A stretch of DNA of 23,884 nucleotides from an uncultured virus (IMG/VR IMGVR_UViG_3300029309_000009) (taxonomy: Duplodnaviria > Heunggongvirae > Uroviricota > Caudoviricetes): the IMG/VR virus record IMGVR_UViG_3300029309_000009, positions 62,001 to 85,884 of that record. One strand, 5' to 3'. Within the stretch, counting starts at the first letter, position 1, and each line of letters opens with the position of its first letter. The notes beneath the pieces were generated by a model. It was not told the origin of the DNA and made no database searches. It saw only the letters and a list, made by a program, of their open reading frames with translations. The translations under genes were made by a program, and so were the position numbers. This document shows positions 1 to 8,181 of this stretch, piece by piece.

Positions 1-2
1 AG

Positions 3-440
3 GAGTTAAGCCAAACCATTTCTAAGTTAGAAAGAGAATTATCTTTACCTAAACCGATTAAAAATAAAATTAAAAGGGTAACTAAAAAATTTGACGCTAA
101 CGTATTAGAGGCAGACGAATATAGAGAATATATTACTACTCTTACTTCTTATGAAAGAATATTAATGCAAGTAGGCAGAATGATAGGTAAGGAGATAAAA
201 GAAATGAAATCTTACTTAACTAAAAATCAAAACGCTTTAGAAAATACTGCCGATTATTTTATTCGGCTGGCAAATTCTACCGATGAAGAAGAAAACGAAG
301 AAAATTTAGGAATTGTTAGGAGATTAAATAGAAAGACTTTAACTGAATCTGACTTGGAAGAAATACAGGAGAACATATCTGAAGCACTTCAGTTGAGAAG
401 AAAAATAATCAATATAACTGAAAAAGCAAAGGAGGAATAG
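3..440 (+). CDS. Hypothetical charged helical protein, 5'-truncated by the window edge
   Basis: The frame of the 165..440 ORF is open back to base 3 (ELSQTISKLERELSLPK...), so the true start lies upstream of the window. Confidence 0.75.
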   Translation, partial: ELSQTISKLERELSLPKPIKNKIKRVTKKFDANVLEADEYREYITTLTSYERILMQVGRMIGKEIKEMKSYLTKNQNALENTADYFIRLANSTDEEENEENLGIVRRLNRKTLTESDLEEIQENISEALQLRRKIINITEKAKEE

Positions 441-442
441 TT

Positions 443-781
443 ATGACTTGGGATTGGTATGGAGATATTTTAAAAGATGAAGGAAAAATATTGGCTTCAT
501 TAGATAAAAAGGAAAGAAAGGCGTTAAAGAAAACCCTTCAATCCGCAGAACCTAGTGAATATTTTGGTCAAGATTTTACTAAATTAGGGGAACTTTTAGA
601 TATGATTAAAGAGTTAGATTTGGTTAAAACAGATAAGACATTATCTAAGAAGTTAGAAACAATGGATGAGGCCAACTTAGATATATTAGCCACAGCCAGC
701 AAACTTCGTAAAGAGTATGAAGTTCTTTATAGACAAATTAGAAAAATAGTATATCCAAAAAGAGGAGGAGATTTAAGATGA
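443..781 (+). CDS. Hypothetical helical protein with MTWDWY-GDILK leader (putative head-associated)
   Basis: SD GGAGG upstream; N-terminal motif shared with the ORFs at 1017 and 1286. Confidence 0.8.
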   Translation: MTWDWYGDILKDEGKILASLDKKERKALKKTLQSAEPSEYFGQDFTKLGELLDMIKELDLVKTDKTLSKKLETMDEANLDILATASKLRKEYEVLYRQIRKIVYPKRGGDLR

Positions 782-1017
782 CAGAAATAAATGAAGAAAT
801 AGTAATGTTACTAAAGACATTAGTAGAGAGAGTTCAGCAATTAGAAAAGGTAGCATATAATGATGACAATGTTTTAATGAAGTCGGGATTTGTTGTTACT
901 AATAGCCCTACCCCATCAATGAATAACAAAGCCGCTTCTGCATTTTCTATGGATAGTGTGGCTAATATGTCCTTTGAAGAAATGGCTAAAATAATTGAAA
1001 AGGCAGGTGGAAGATAA
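778..1017 (+). CDS. Small scaffold-like protein (coiled coil plus scaffold-type C-terminal motif)
   Basis: SD GAGGAGG; ATGA overlap with the previous gene; SMDSVANMS matches SMDDVANMS at the C-terminus of the protease-scaffold. Confidence 0.75.
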   Translation: MTEINEEIVMLLKTLVERVQQLEKVAYNDDNVLMKSGFVVTNSPTPSMNNKAASAFSMDSVANMSFEEMAKIIEKAGGR

Positions 1018-1280
1018 TGACTTGGGATTATTATAATGATAAAGAAATAAAAAAGAGCGAAACTTATAGTATGGTTATGTCTGTAAGTGTTCTTCTAGAA
1101 AAAGATGGCGAACAGGTAGAGGCACACGAACTTAATATTTCTGAAAGGGAGTTGCATGGAATAGTTCAAGATATTCTAAAACAGGCTAAAGGCACAAGAT
1201 ATTCTACTGAAGTAGAAGATGATGAAGGGGAAGAAACTCTTATCGAAGTGACTATTGAAGATGTTTCAGAAAATAGGTGA
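1017..1280 (+). CDS. Small acidic protein with MTWDYY...IKKS leader
   Basis: SD AGGTGG; TAATG overlap; shared leader motif. Confidence 0.75.
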   Translation: MTWDYYNDKEIKKSETYSMVMSVSVLLEKDGEQVEAHELNISERELHGIVQDILKQAKGTRYSTEVEDDEGEETLIEVTIEDVSENR

Positions 1281-1285
1281 GTGAA

Positions 1286-1525
1286 ATGACTTGGGACTAT
1301 TACAATATTAAGAAAGAAGAAGAAACACTTACTTCTAGTAATACTATTACTGATTCTAGAAGTGCTGATTCTTATTTGTCTATGAGAACTCGACTAAACA
1401 AAGCGTTTGATGCTATTTATGATTTAATCAATCCCCTTGTAGAGCAAGAAGTTTTGGACTATCAAGAAGATTTAATGGAATTTACAAGAGTAGTGGATAA
1501 AATTATGAAAAAACTAGGTGAGTAA
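1286..1525 (+). CDS. Small acidic protein with MTWDYYNIKK leader
   Basis: SD AGGTGA at 1275-1280 favours the ATG at 1286 over the GTG at 1277; shared leader motif. Confidence 0.75.
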   Translation: MTWDYYNIKKEEETLTSSNTITDSRSADSYLSMRTRLNKAFDAIYDLINPLVEQEVLDYQEDLMEFTRVVDKIMKKLGE

Positions 1526-1526
1526 A

Positions 1527-1892
1527 ATGCCGGAAAGAATGACAAAAGAAGAAGCAAAAATACAGCGAGCAATCGAAGCCGCTAGAATAGCAAAGCAAAC
1601 TCTACTAGAAGAAACAAGGGATAGAATGCCACTAGAGGTAGAAGAAGATTTAGTTAAGGTTACTAGACCAAAGGCTGAAAATGTTACTATTAAAATTCCT
1701 AATCAAGATAAGGAAGGCTACGGTCTTGCAGGTGTAGAGAAGGATTATACAATTAAAAAATCTGATTCTAGATTCATAATGTCAGAATTTGCCGAGATGG
1801 ATGAAGATGAATTGAGAAGTATGGTTATGGAAAAAATAGAAAACATGACTAAAATGGAATTAGTAGAAATTCTAGAAAATTATAGATTGTGA
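1527..1892 (+). CDS. Hypothetical protein with internal YTIKKS motif and acidic helical C-terminus
   Basis: SD AGGTGA at 1516-1521 precedes the ATG at 1527. Confidence 0.75.
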   Translation: MPERMTKEEAKIQRAIEAARIAKQTLLEETRDRMPLEVEEDLVKVTRPKAENVTIKIPNQDKEGYGLAGVEKDYTIKKSDSRFIMSEFAEMDEDELRSMVMEKIENMTKMELVEILENYRL

Positions 1893-1898
1893 TGCTCT

Positions 1899-4421
1899 AT
1901 GTCACTAACCGGCCTTCTATTTGAGAAGGAAACTGAATCCGTTTCTGATAAAATTCTCTCGCTCTTTGAAAAAACTAGAGTGGCTTATTTATCTGCTAAA
2001 AGCGACCCTAAGAATTACGGTTCTAGGTGGAGAAAAACAATCGAGAATTTAAGAGATGAATATGATAATCTAGATTACATAGGAGGACAACTAAAACAAT
2101 ATTTGGCCGAAGATATTCTAGAAAGAAAAGACGCTATGAATCCCGAAAGCCCTATTGCTGGAAAAATATACAACGCAATCAAAATGCTTAGATTTGAATC
2201 TGAAGAAGTTCAAGACCCATTTGCTAAAAGATTCAAAGGTGATGTATTAGAAGCATTACTAACAGATAGCGGAGTCATGATTAAATTTATCCACTATGCT
2301 TTAAGAAGCGATGATGAAATCCTACCCGATGAACTTTATTCTATCAAAGATATAGAGCCGGATGATATAACCGTTGGTCTAAAAGGTTTAGACTTAGACC
2401 CTAAAGATATTCCTCTTTACATAACGGAACATTATGGCGATGGTAAAAATTCTAAAAAAATAGAATCTAAATTTAAGAACGGCCTATCTCTCTTAAAATT
2501 ATTTTTCTTATCTAAAAATACTGAAGAAGAATGGAATAATCTGATGGGGATACGGCTTAACAAATCTATAATTAAAGCAGAAAAGTCTCAAGAAGAAAAA
2601 GCAGAAGTAGATTTTATAATACCTAATAAACCGATGTATAGAATTTTTGAGATAGAAGATATGAATGAACTACAAGGTTTTAGTGGAGAGTATGTCATTC
2701 AAGAAAAATATGATGGTATGAGAATACAAATTCATAAAATAGATGATAGGGTCAAGATTTATTCTTATAACGAAAAAGACATTACAGAAAAATGTCAAAA
2801 ACAAGTTGAGATAATGAAGAAAAAACAATTCGGTGATTGTATTTTAGATGCTGAACTTATACTATTTGATGGTGATGATTCCTTACATAGGGCGGATACT
2901 ATTGCTCATGTATTCAAAAATCAATATCAAGATGCAGAATTAAAGGCGCACGTATTTGACATAATGAGACACGAAGAAAGAAACATGGCTGCTGAAGAAT
3001 TAGGAGAGAGAATAAATATTTTATTTAATAATTATTCTATGCACTCGGATGAATACTTACAGTTTCCTTCTAAGAAAGATACTAGAATAGCAGATAATAT
3101 GAAAGACATAAAAGAATATAGCGAGACTATTATGGAAATGCCCACTGCTGAAGGCGTAGTAATAAAAGATATTACTTCTACTTATTATATAGGAACAAAG
3201 AAAAATCCTAAGTGGATTAAATGGAAAAAATTTGTTGATTTAGATTTGATAGTCTTAGATAAAAAGAAAACTAAGTCAAATATGTTTTCATATTCTTTAG
3301 GTGCGGGGCCAGCAGAAGGAGATGGAAAATACATTAAAGTCATAGACAAAATAAAGTATATGAATGTGGGTAAGGCTAATAATACCAAATTAGTTTTAGA
3401 TATTGGGGATATTTTGAGAGTTAAAGTAGATGAGGTAAAATTTAGCGGAGATAGATATACTATTTATGGCGCAAATCCCATTGAAATACCAGAAGTAGAA
3501 TATCCCGATAAAATAGTAACTTTAGAAATGCTTTCTAAAGAAACCAAACCTACATTAAAATTCAAAACTAAGGCATTAGAGAAGGGCATACTAATTACGG
3601 ATTATGTTCATGGTGAAGCAATACTAAAATCTATGGATGGCTTTTCTTTATATGAATTTGAAAGAGATAATTTAATGTCTAAACACGCTATGATGAATTT
3701 AAGTTCTTGGAAGTCTGACGCTGAAAATATAATGAAAACTAAACAAAGCGAATTAACTGTGGCAGTTTTTCAACAATTAAAAGAAAAAGGGCCAATTAAT
3801 ATTAAAGACTTGCATAATTTTCTAATTAAAGAACATGGCAGATTATACGACAATGTATTAGAAAGTAAAAAGGATAGGCTAATAGATTGGTTTGATAATA
3901 GAGATGGAATAACCTATAATAATAGAGAAAAAAAGTTTATTGCTGATTCAGATAAAATAATGTTAGCAGAAGAAGAATATAAAACTCCTCCGGAATACAG
4001 AAAGGGACTATTCAAAGTGTATTCTAGAAAAGATGACAATCTTACCTTTGCTATAAAGTTATTAGACGAAACATTATATTGGACTATTGACATTAATTCT
4101 GATGATGATATTTTTGACTTATTTGGAAAGGCAGGAAAGTTCCCTGCCGAAGTAGCAACTAATATATCTCCGGATTCTAAAGTCATAGACGAAGGAGATA
4201 TAACTTTAGGAGTTCAAAGAGATGGCTACCATGAGTATTTTATCAAGGGGAATAAATTTGAAACTAAAATGCACTATCGAATTGTTCCCGTAGAAGATAG
4301 AAAAATATGGTTGGTTTGGACTGGATTCAAACAAAGTCCTGCGGATAAAGAAGGAGATGAAGGTTTGTGGAATATTAATGAAGATAAATATTCAAAGTTG
4401 CTAATAAATCCGGAAAAATGA
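1899..4421 (+). CDS. lig: ATP-dependent DNA ligase with long N- and C-terminal extensions
   Basis: Nucleotidyltransferase motifs I (QEKYDGMRIQIH), III (ILDAEL), IIIa (HVFDIM), IV (EGVVIKD) and V (WIKWK), followed by an OB-fold-like segment (DLDLIVL...GDILRVKVDEV). Confidence 0.92.
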   Translation: MSLTGLLFEKETESVSDKILSLFEKTRVAYLSAKSDPKNYGSRWRKTIENLRDEYDNLDYIGGQLKQYLAEDILERKDAMNPESPIAGKIYNAIKMLRFESEEVQDPFAKRFKGDVLEALLTDSGVMIKFIHYALRSDDEILPDELYSIKDIEPDDITVGLKGLDLDPKDIPLYITEHYGDGKNSKKIESKFKNGLSLLKLFFLSKNTEEEWNNLMGIRLNKSIIKAEKSQEEKAEVDFIIPNKPMYRIFEIEDMNELQGFSGEYVIQEKYDGMRIQIHKIDDRVKIYSYNEKDITEKCQKQVEIMKKKQFGDCILDAELILFDGDDSLHRADTIAHVFKNQYQDAELKAHVFDIMRHEERNMAAEELGERINILFNNYSMHSDEYLQFPSKKDTRIADNMKDIKEYSETIMEMPTAEGVVIKDITSTYYIGTKKNPKWIKWKKFVDLDLIVLDKKKTKSNMFSYSLGAGPAEGDGKYIKVIDKIKYMNVGKANNTKLVLDIGDILRVKVDEVKFSGDRYTIYGANPIEIPEVEYPDKIVTLEMLSKETKPTLKFKTKALEKGILITDYVHGEAILKSMDGFSLYEFERDNLMSKHAMMNLSSWKSDAENIMKTKQSELTVAVFQQLKEKGPINIKDLHNFLIKEHGRLYDNVLESKKDRLIDWFDNRDGITYNNREKKFIADSDKIMLAEEEYKTPPEYRKGLFKVYSRKDDNLTFAIKLLDETLYWTIDINSDDDIFDLFGKAGKFPAEVATNISPDSKVIDEGDITLGVQRDGYHEYFIKGNKFETKMHYRIVPVEDRKIWLVWTGFKQSPADKEGDEGLWNINEDKYSKLLINPEK

Positions 4422-4440
4422 TAAACTATTATATACCTAA
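4421..4440 (+). promoter_or_regulatory. Putative archaeal-type TATA promoter for the head genes
   Basis: A-rich stretch then TTATATA (4429-4435) in one of the few intergenic gaps, about 30 nt before ATG 4465. Confidence 0.45.
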
Positions 4441-4464
4441 TAGAAAAACAAGGGGTTGAGGAAA

Positions 4465-5676
4465 ATGGAAACTTCCGTTATGATAGCGAAAGAAAATGAC
4501 TTCCAAATACTCAAAGCACAAGACGATTTAATGATTGGAGGATATGCAAGCATAGAAATCGTGGATAAGCAAAATGATTTAATCACACTCAAAGCACTAC
4601 AAGAAGCAGTAAACAAATATATGGAGAATCCAAAATATAGAAATGTAATGACAAACCATTCAAATGTTCAAGTAGGAGAAGTAGTAAAAGAATATAGAGA
4701 TAAAAATGGAAAACTATGGAAAACAGAAGTAGATGATGTAGGATTTTTTGTAGTGATAAAATTAAGAGATGACATAGAAAAAGCAAAGGAAATAAACAGA
4801 GGGATTCGCAAAGGAACATTAAGGTCTTTTAGCATAGGGGGACAGGCACTTCGGAAAGTTAAGAAGCAAAATTCGGAATTAGGCGAATACAGCGAAATTA
4901 GCAAACTAGAATTACACGAAGTCACCATATGCGAAAAAGGAATTAATCCTGAAGCGAAATTTGATATTTTGAAACAAGAAAAAGAGGAGAAAAATATGAG
5001 CGATAAACTAGAAAAAGCACTTGCGGAACTTGACACTTTATTGGAAGAAGTCAATACCTTGAGGAAGGAAGAAGAAAAAGAAATGTATGGAAAGGAAATG
5101 TCTATGAAAGAAGATGAGAAAATGGAAGAAAAAGAAATGTCCATGAAAGAAGATGAAGAAATGATGGATATGAAAGAGACTATGGAATACATGGATGACG
5201 AAGCAAAAGCACAGCCGGATTTGGGCGCAGGAGTTATAGAACATGGCAACCCTGACGACAGAGTAGTTATAAGCGGTGGAAAACCCGTAGGAGAAAAGCA
5301 AGCAAAAGTTGTAAAGGCTTTTGACAATGCAGAAATTTCTACATTAAATCTATCTCCGGAAATTGTAGAGAAATCTTTCCAGCAATACAAGGCAGAAAGA
5401 CTAGAAGCAATTGCTCTAGAGAATCTAGAGAAAACCTTTGAGAGTCGCTTTGAAAACGAAGTATCTCAAAGAGAATCTATGATTGCAAAGAATAACTATG
5501 ATGCAAGGTCAGAAGTTAGCGCACTAAAGGAAGAATTGGCAGACCTAAGAAAGTCATTTTCTTCAGAAAAAGAAACTATTCTCAAAGCACAGCAAACACA
5601 ATCTGTTGCTCTACCATCTATGGATGATGTAGCAAACATGTCTTGGGCAGACTTAAACAGGCTCGCTGGAAATTGA
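4465..5676 (+). CDS. HK97-type prohead protease fused to a C-terminal scaffold
   Basis: GGYASIEIVDKQND, MTNH (His), RSFSIGG (Ser) and LHEVTICEKGINPEA fit the caudoviral prohead protease pattern. The C-terminal half is acidic coiled coil. Lies directly before the MCP. Start may be 4456 (TTG) or 4465 (ATG). Confidence 0.9.
   Translation: METSVMIAKENDFQILKAQDDLMIGGYASIEIVDKQNDLITLKALQEAVNKYMENPKYRNVMTNHSNVQVGEVVKEYRDKNGKLWKTEVDDVGFFVVIKLRDDIEKAKEINRGIRKGTLRSFSIGGQALRKVKKQNSELGEYSEISKLELHEVTICEKGINPEAKFDILKQEKEEKNMSDKLEKALAELDTLLEEVNTLRKEEEKEMYGKEMSMKEDEKMEEKEMSMKEDEEMMDMKETMEYMDDEAKAQPDLGAGVIEHGNPDDRVVISGGKPVGEKQAKVVKAFDNAEISTLNLSPEIVEKSFQQYKAERLEAIALENLEKTFESRFENEVSQRESMIAKNNYDARSEVSALKEELADLRKSFSSEKETILKAQQTQSVALPSMDDVANMSWADLNRLAGN
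4996..5676 (+). CDS. Putative nested in-frame scaffold protein (internal start)
   Basis: GAGGAG at 4984-4989 precedes an in-frame ATG at 4996 (MSDKLEKALAEL), just after the end of the protease domain. Confidence 0.6.
   Translation: MSDKLEKALAELDTLLEEVNTLRKEEEKEMYGKEMSMKEDEKMEEKEMSMKEDEEMMDMKETMEYMDDEAKAQPDLGAGVIEHGNPDDRVVISGGKPVGEKQAKVVKAFDNAEISTLNLSPEIVEKSFQQYKAERLEAIALENLEKTFESRFENEVSQRESMIAKNNYDARSEVSALKEELADLRKSFSSEKETILKAQQTQSVALPSMDDVANMSWADLNRLAGN
5092..5169 (+). repeat. 39-nt in-frame tandem duplication (KEMSMKEDE x2) in the scaffold
   Basis: aaggaaatgtctatgaaagaagatga at 5092 and aaagaaatgtccatgaaagaagatga at 5131. Confidence 0.85.
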
Positions 5677-5689
5677 GGGGGAATAAAAA

Positions 5690-7033
5690 ATGACAGGATA
5701 CATTAACACAATTAGAGACTTAGAACTAGAGACATATGGATATGGTGGCGCATTTGGCGGAAACGATATTCTAAAGCAAGCAGGAGTTACGCAAGGAATT
5801 TTCACTCCACACGATATTGCTGATGCCGGTGCAAGTGGCGTTACCGGAATTTCTAACACAACAGGACTTTACAATGTTCTTTATGGGCAGAAAGTTTGGT
5901 CAATGTTGAATAGAGAAGTAAACGCTCTTTCTATGATTTCAAAGAGACCTTATTCATCTTCCGGATGGAGAGTTCTAAAGAGCCGACCTTTCGGTGGTTC
6001 CGGAAACACACTCGCTGAAGGACTACAAAGAGATGGAAGCGGAGGAGGAATTGGTGCTGATGATGCACAATTTGATGAGATTGGTGGAGTTGCTGAAAAT
6101 GCAGGACTTTCTACTGCGGCAGATGGTCTAGGTTCTATGGCTCCAACATATGCTCAACTATTTATGAGTCCTAAAACAATTGCACACCAATTTGACTTCT
6201 CGGAGTTGGCTATGGAAATGGCAAAGATTGACGATGGAATAGGAGATATTAGGGCGCAACTTCGTGAAGATATGGGAATTGCCCACGCAGAAGCACAGAA
6301 TATGATGCTCTTAACTCCTCTAGAAAACTATGGTGAGTCATCTGCGCTATCTAACATTGAGAGAAACTATACTTCTCTAAACAAGATAGTTACAAGTCGT
6401 GCGGAACTTTTGGCTATTGATGGCGGTGTTATCGCTTCCGATGCTACAAGTGCATCAAACAATTTGGGTAAAATATTTGGTGAAGAAAGACACACTGCTG
6501 CTTCATTCCTAGATTCTGAAGTAGATTTCGGAAGCGGATATGCTAGTGGCGATGTTCGTGCTTTCACACTAACTCTACTAAATAACATGATTCGCAACCT
6601 ACGAATTGCTGGCGGTTCTCCAAAGGTTATTCTTACAGGATACGATACTATACAGGCAATTGCAGATTTGTTGCAAAGCCAAGAAAGATTCATGGATAGA
6701 AAGGAAATTGTCCCTACTGTAAATGGAGTTCGTGGAGTAAAAGGACAAGAAGTTGGATTTAGAGTAGCGACTTACTACGACATTCCACTAATTCCTTGTA
6801 AAGATATGGCTTCTACTGGCGGTGCTTCTACTAAACTAAGCGATTTGTTATTCTTAGATACAGACCATCTTTGGCTATCTGTTATGAGACCAACACAATA
6901 CTTTGAGGATGGTATTTCTAATGGAAACCCATTCGGTGTTGGCAGACTAGGAAACCAAGCACTTTACCGAACAATTGGAGAAATGGGCTGTTCATTCTTT
7001 AAGGGTCAAGGAAAGATTACCAACATTCAGTGA
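5690..7033 (+). CDS. Major capsid protein (HK97 fold)
   Basis: 447 aa, follows the protease-scaffold, SD GAGGGG. HK97-like elements include FMSPKTIAHQFDFSELA, PKVILTG, TYYDIPLIP and LLFLDTDHL. Confidence 0.88.
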   Translation: MTGYINTIRDLELETYGYGGAFGGNDILKQAGVTQGIFTPHDIADAGASGVTGISNTTGLYNVLYGQKVWSMLNREVNALSMISKRPYSSSGWRVLKSRPFGGSGNTLAEGLQRDGSGGGIGADDAQFDEIGGVAENAGLSTAADGLGSMAPTYAQLFMSPKTIAHQFDFSELAMEMAKIDDGIGDIRAQLREDMGIAHAEAQNMMLLTPLENYGESSALSNIERNYTSLNKIVTSRAELLAIDGGVIASDATSASNNLGKIFGEERHTAASFLDSEVDFGSGYASGDVRAFTLTLLNNMIRNLRIAGGSPKVILTGYDTIQAIADLLQSQERFMDRKEIVPTVNGVRGVKGQEVGFRVATYYDIPLIPCKDMASTGGASTKLSDLLFLDTDHLWLSVMRPTQYFEDGISNGNPFGVGRLGNQALYRTIGEMGCSFFKGQGKITNIQ

Positions 7034-7043
7034 GGTGTTTTGA

Positions 7044-7394
7044 TTGACACACACTGTAACACTGTTGGCTGACCATAAAGGACAGACAAGACCTAGAGTT
7101 TCCGGAGATGAATATTTCGTAGATGCAAACATTGAGATTACTTCATACACAGAAGATGGAGAAGTAATTTCTGCGTCTTCTCTAGGACTAAGCACAATCA
7201 ATGCAGTTATGATTACGGGTGCTGAAACAGCGTCCGGAGTTGCCACTGAAAGATTCGTTGTGGAATTAAGCACTGCGGGTGCTTATGAAAGTGCAAGTTC
7301 TTTCTCTCTAGTAGGAACTACTGCTAGTTCGGGTGCTGAATCGGGTAATTCTGATTTGGGATTCATTAGAGTAAGAGTTTACGGAAACCTTTGA
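7044..7394 (+). CDS. Putative capsid decoration or minor head protein
   Basis: SD GAGGTG with TTG start; beta-rich, Ser/Thr/Gly-rich, 116 aa, directly after the MCP. Function inferred from position. Confidence 0.55.
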   Translation: MTHTVTLLADHKGQTRPRVSGDEYFVDANIEITSYTEDGEVISASSLGLSTINAVMITGAETASGVATERFVVELSTAGAYESASSFSLVGTTASSGAESGNSDLGFIRVRVYGNL

Positions 7395-7404
7395 GGTGAA
7401 ATAA

Positions 7405-7788
7405 ATGGCTAAGATTATTCTTAGTGAGACTTCTGTAATGGGAAGGTTGAGAATTGGGCGAGAAGAAATCACAAGAGAAGTTTCTTGTGAAATCTCCGCA
7501 CTAAAAGGTCTGCTAAAAATGCAAGACCCCAATCTTCTCATTACATTTGAAGAATCAGATGAAGAAGAATTACTAGGCTTAGATGATAAAATTTTAGAAA
7601 TATCTCAAAGAGTTTTAAATTTATCAGATATACCTAAAGGTTCTGATTTAGTTGCTCTACTTCTACCTAAGAAAAGTGTGGCAAAGAAAGCAAAAACCAC
7701 TGCTAAAAAGGCCGCTAAAAAGGTAAAAGATACAGTAGTTCCATCGAAAACTGAAGAAATTGTAGAGGAATCTCCGGATTCTGAATAA
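7405..7788 (+). CDS. Hypothetical protein with Lys/Ala-rich low-complexity tail
   Basis: SD GAGGTGA; KKSVAKKAKTTAKKAAKKVK followed by an acidic end. Confidence 0.75.
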   Translation: MAKIILSETSVMGRLRIGREEITREVSCEISALKGLLKMQDPNLLITFEESDEEELLGLDDKILEISQRVLNLSDIPKGSDLVALLLPKKSVAKKAKTTAKKAAKKVKDTVVPSKTEEIVEESPDSE

Positions 7789-7836
7789 CCAATATCTTCA
7801 AGTATCATTGATGTAACGACTATATGAGGAGATAAT

Positions 7837-8172
7837 ATGGATACTTGTAGGTCAAGTGGAGTTTTAACTGCATCTGCTGTTATAGCGGCTCATCAATGTA
7901 GATTAAAGAGCATACATTTCAGCGTTTTTGCCGGTGGCCCTGATGTTGTTACTATCAAAGTTTTTGATTCTAAAGATTCAACTTTGACAGGAAATACTGA
8001 ATTGGCTAGACTTGTGGTTTCTAAATCTGATGTTTTTCAAGTCGGAGTAACAAATGTAGAATATGATATGCACGGAGTTTTGGCTAGAGAAGGACTCTTT
8101 CTTCAAATTACAAATAGTGAAGGAACCCCTGATGGTGCAACATTTCATGCAGTTTCCGTAGAATTTAATTGA
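7837..8172 (+). CDS. Putative small beta-sandwich virion protein
   Basis: SD GAGGAG; alternating beta-strand pattern (CRLKSIHF, VVTIKVFDS, GLFLQIT, AVSVEFN). Confidence 0.6.
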   Translation: MDTCRSSGVLTASAVIAAHQCRLKSIHFSVFAGGPDVVTIKVFDSKDSTLTGNTELARLVVSKSDVFQVGVTNVEYDMHGVLAREGLFLQITNSEGTPDGATFHAVSVEFN

Positions 8173-8181
8173 GTTGATAAA

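Noticed and set aside
443..1300. atgacttggga repeats as a CRISPR array or DNA-level regulatory repeat
   Set aside because: Only 11 nt identical, irregular spacing, always at start codons, with synonymous variation downstream. Better explained as a peptide motif.
4668..5390. 240-aa minus-strand ORF
   Set aside because: Antisense shadow of the Glu/Lys-rich protease-scaffold (Ser/Phe-rich mirror composition), with no motif.
7789..7836. Possible promoter (TTCAAGTA) upstream of the 7837-GTPase block
   Set aside because: Weak TATA match; cannot be supported without transcript data.
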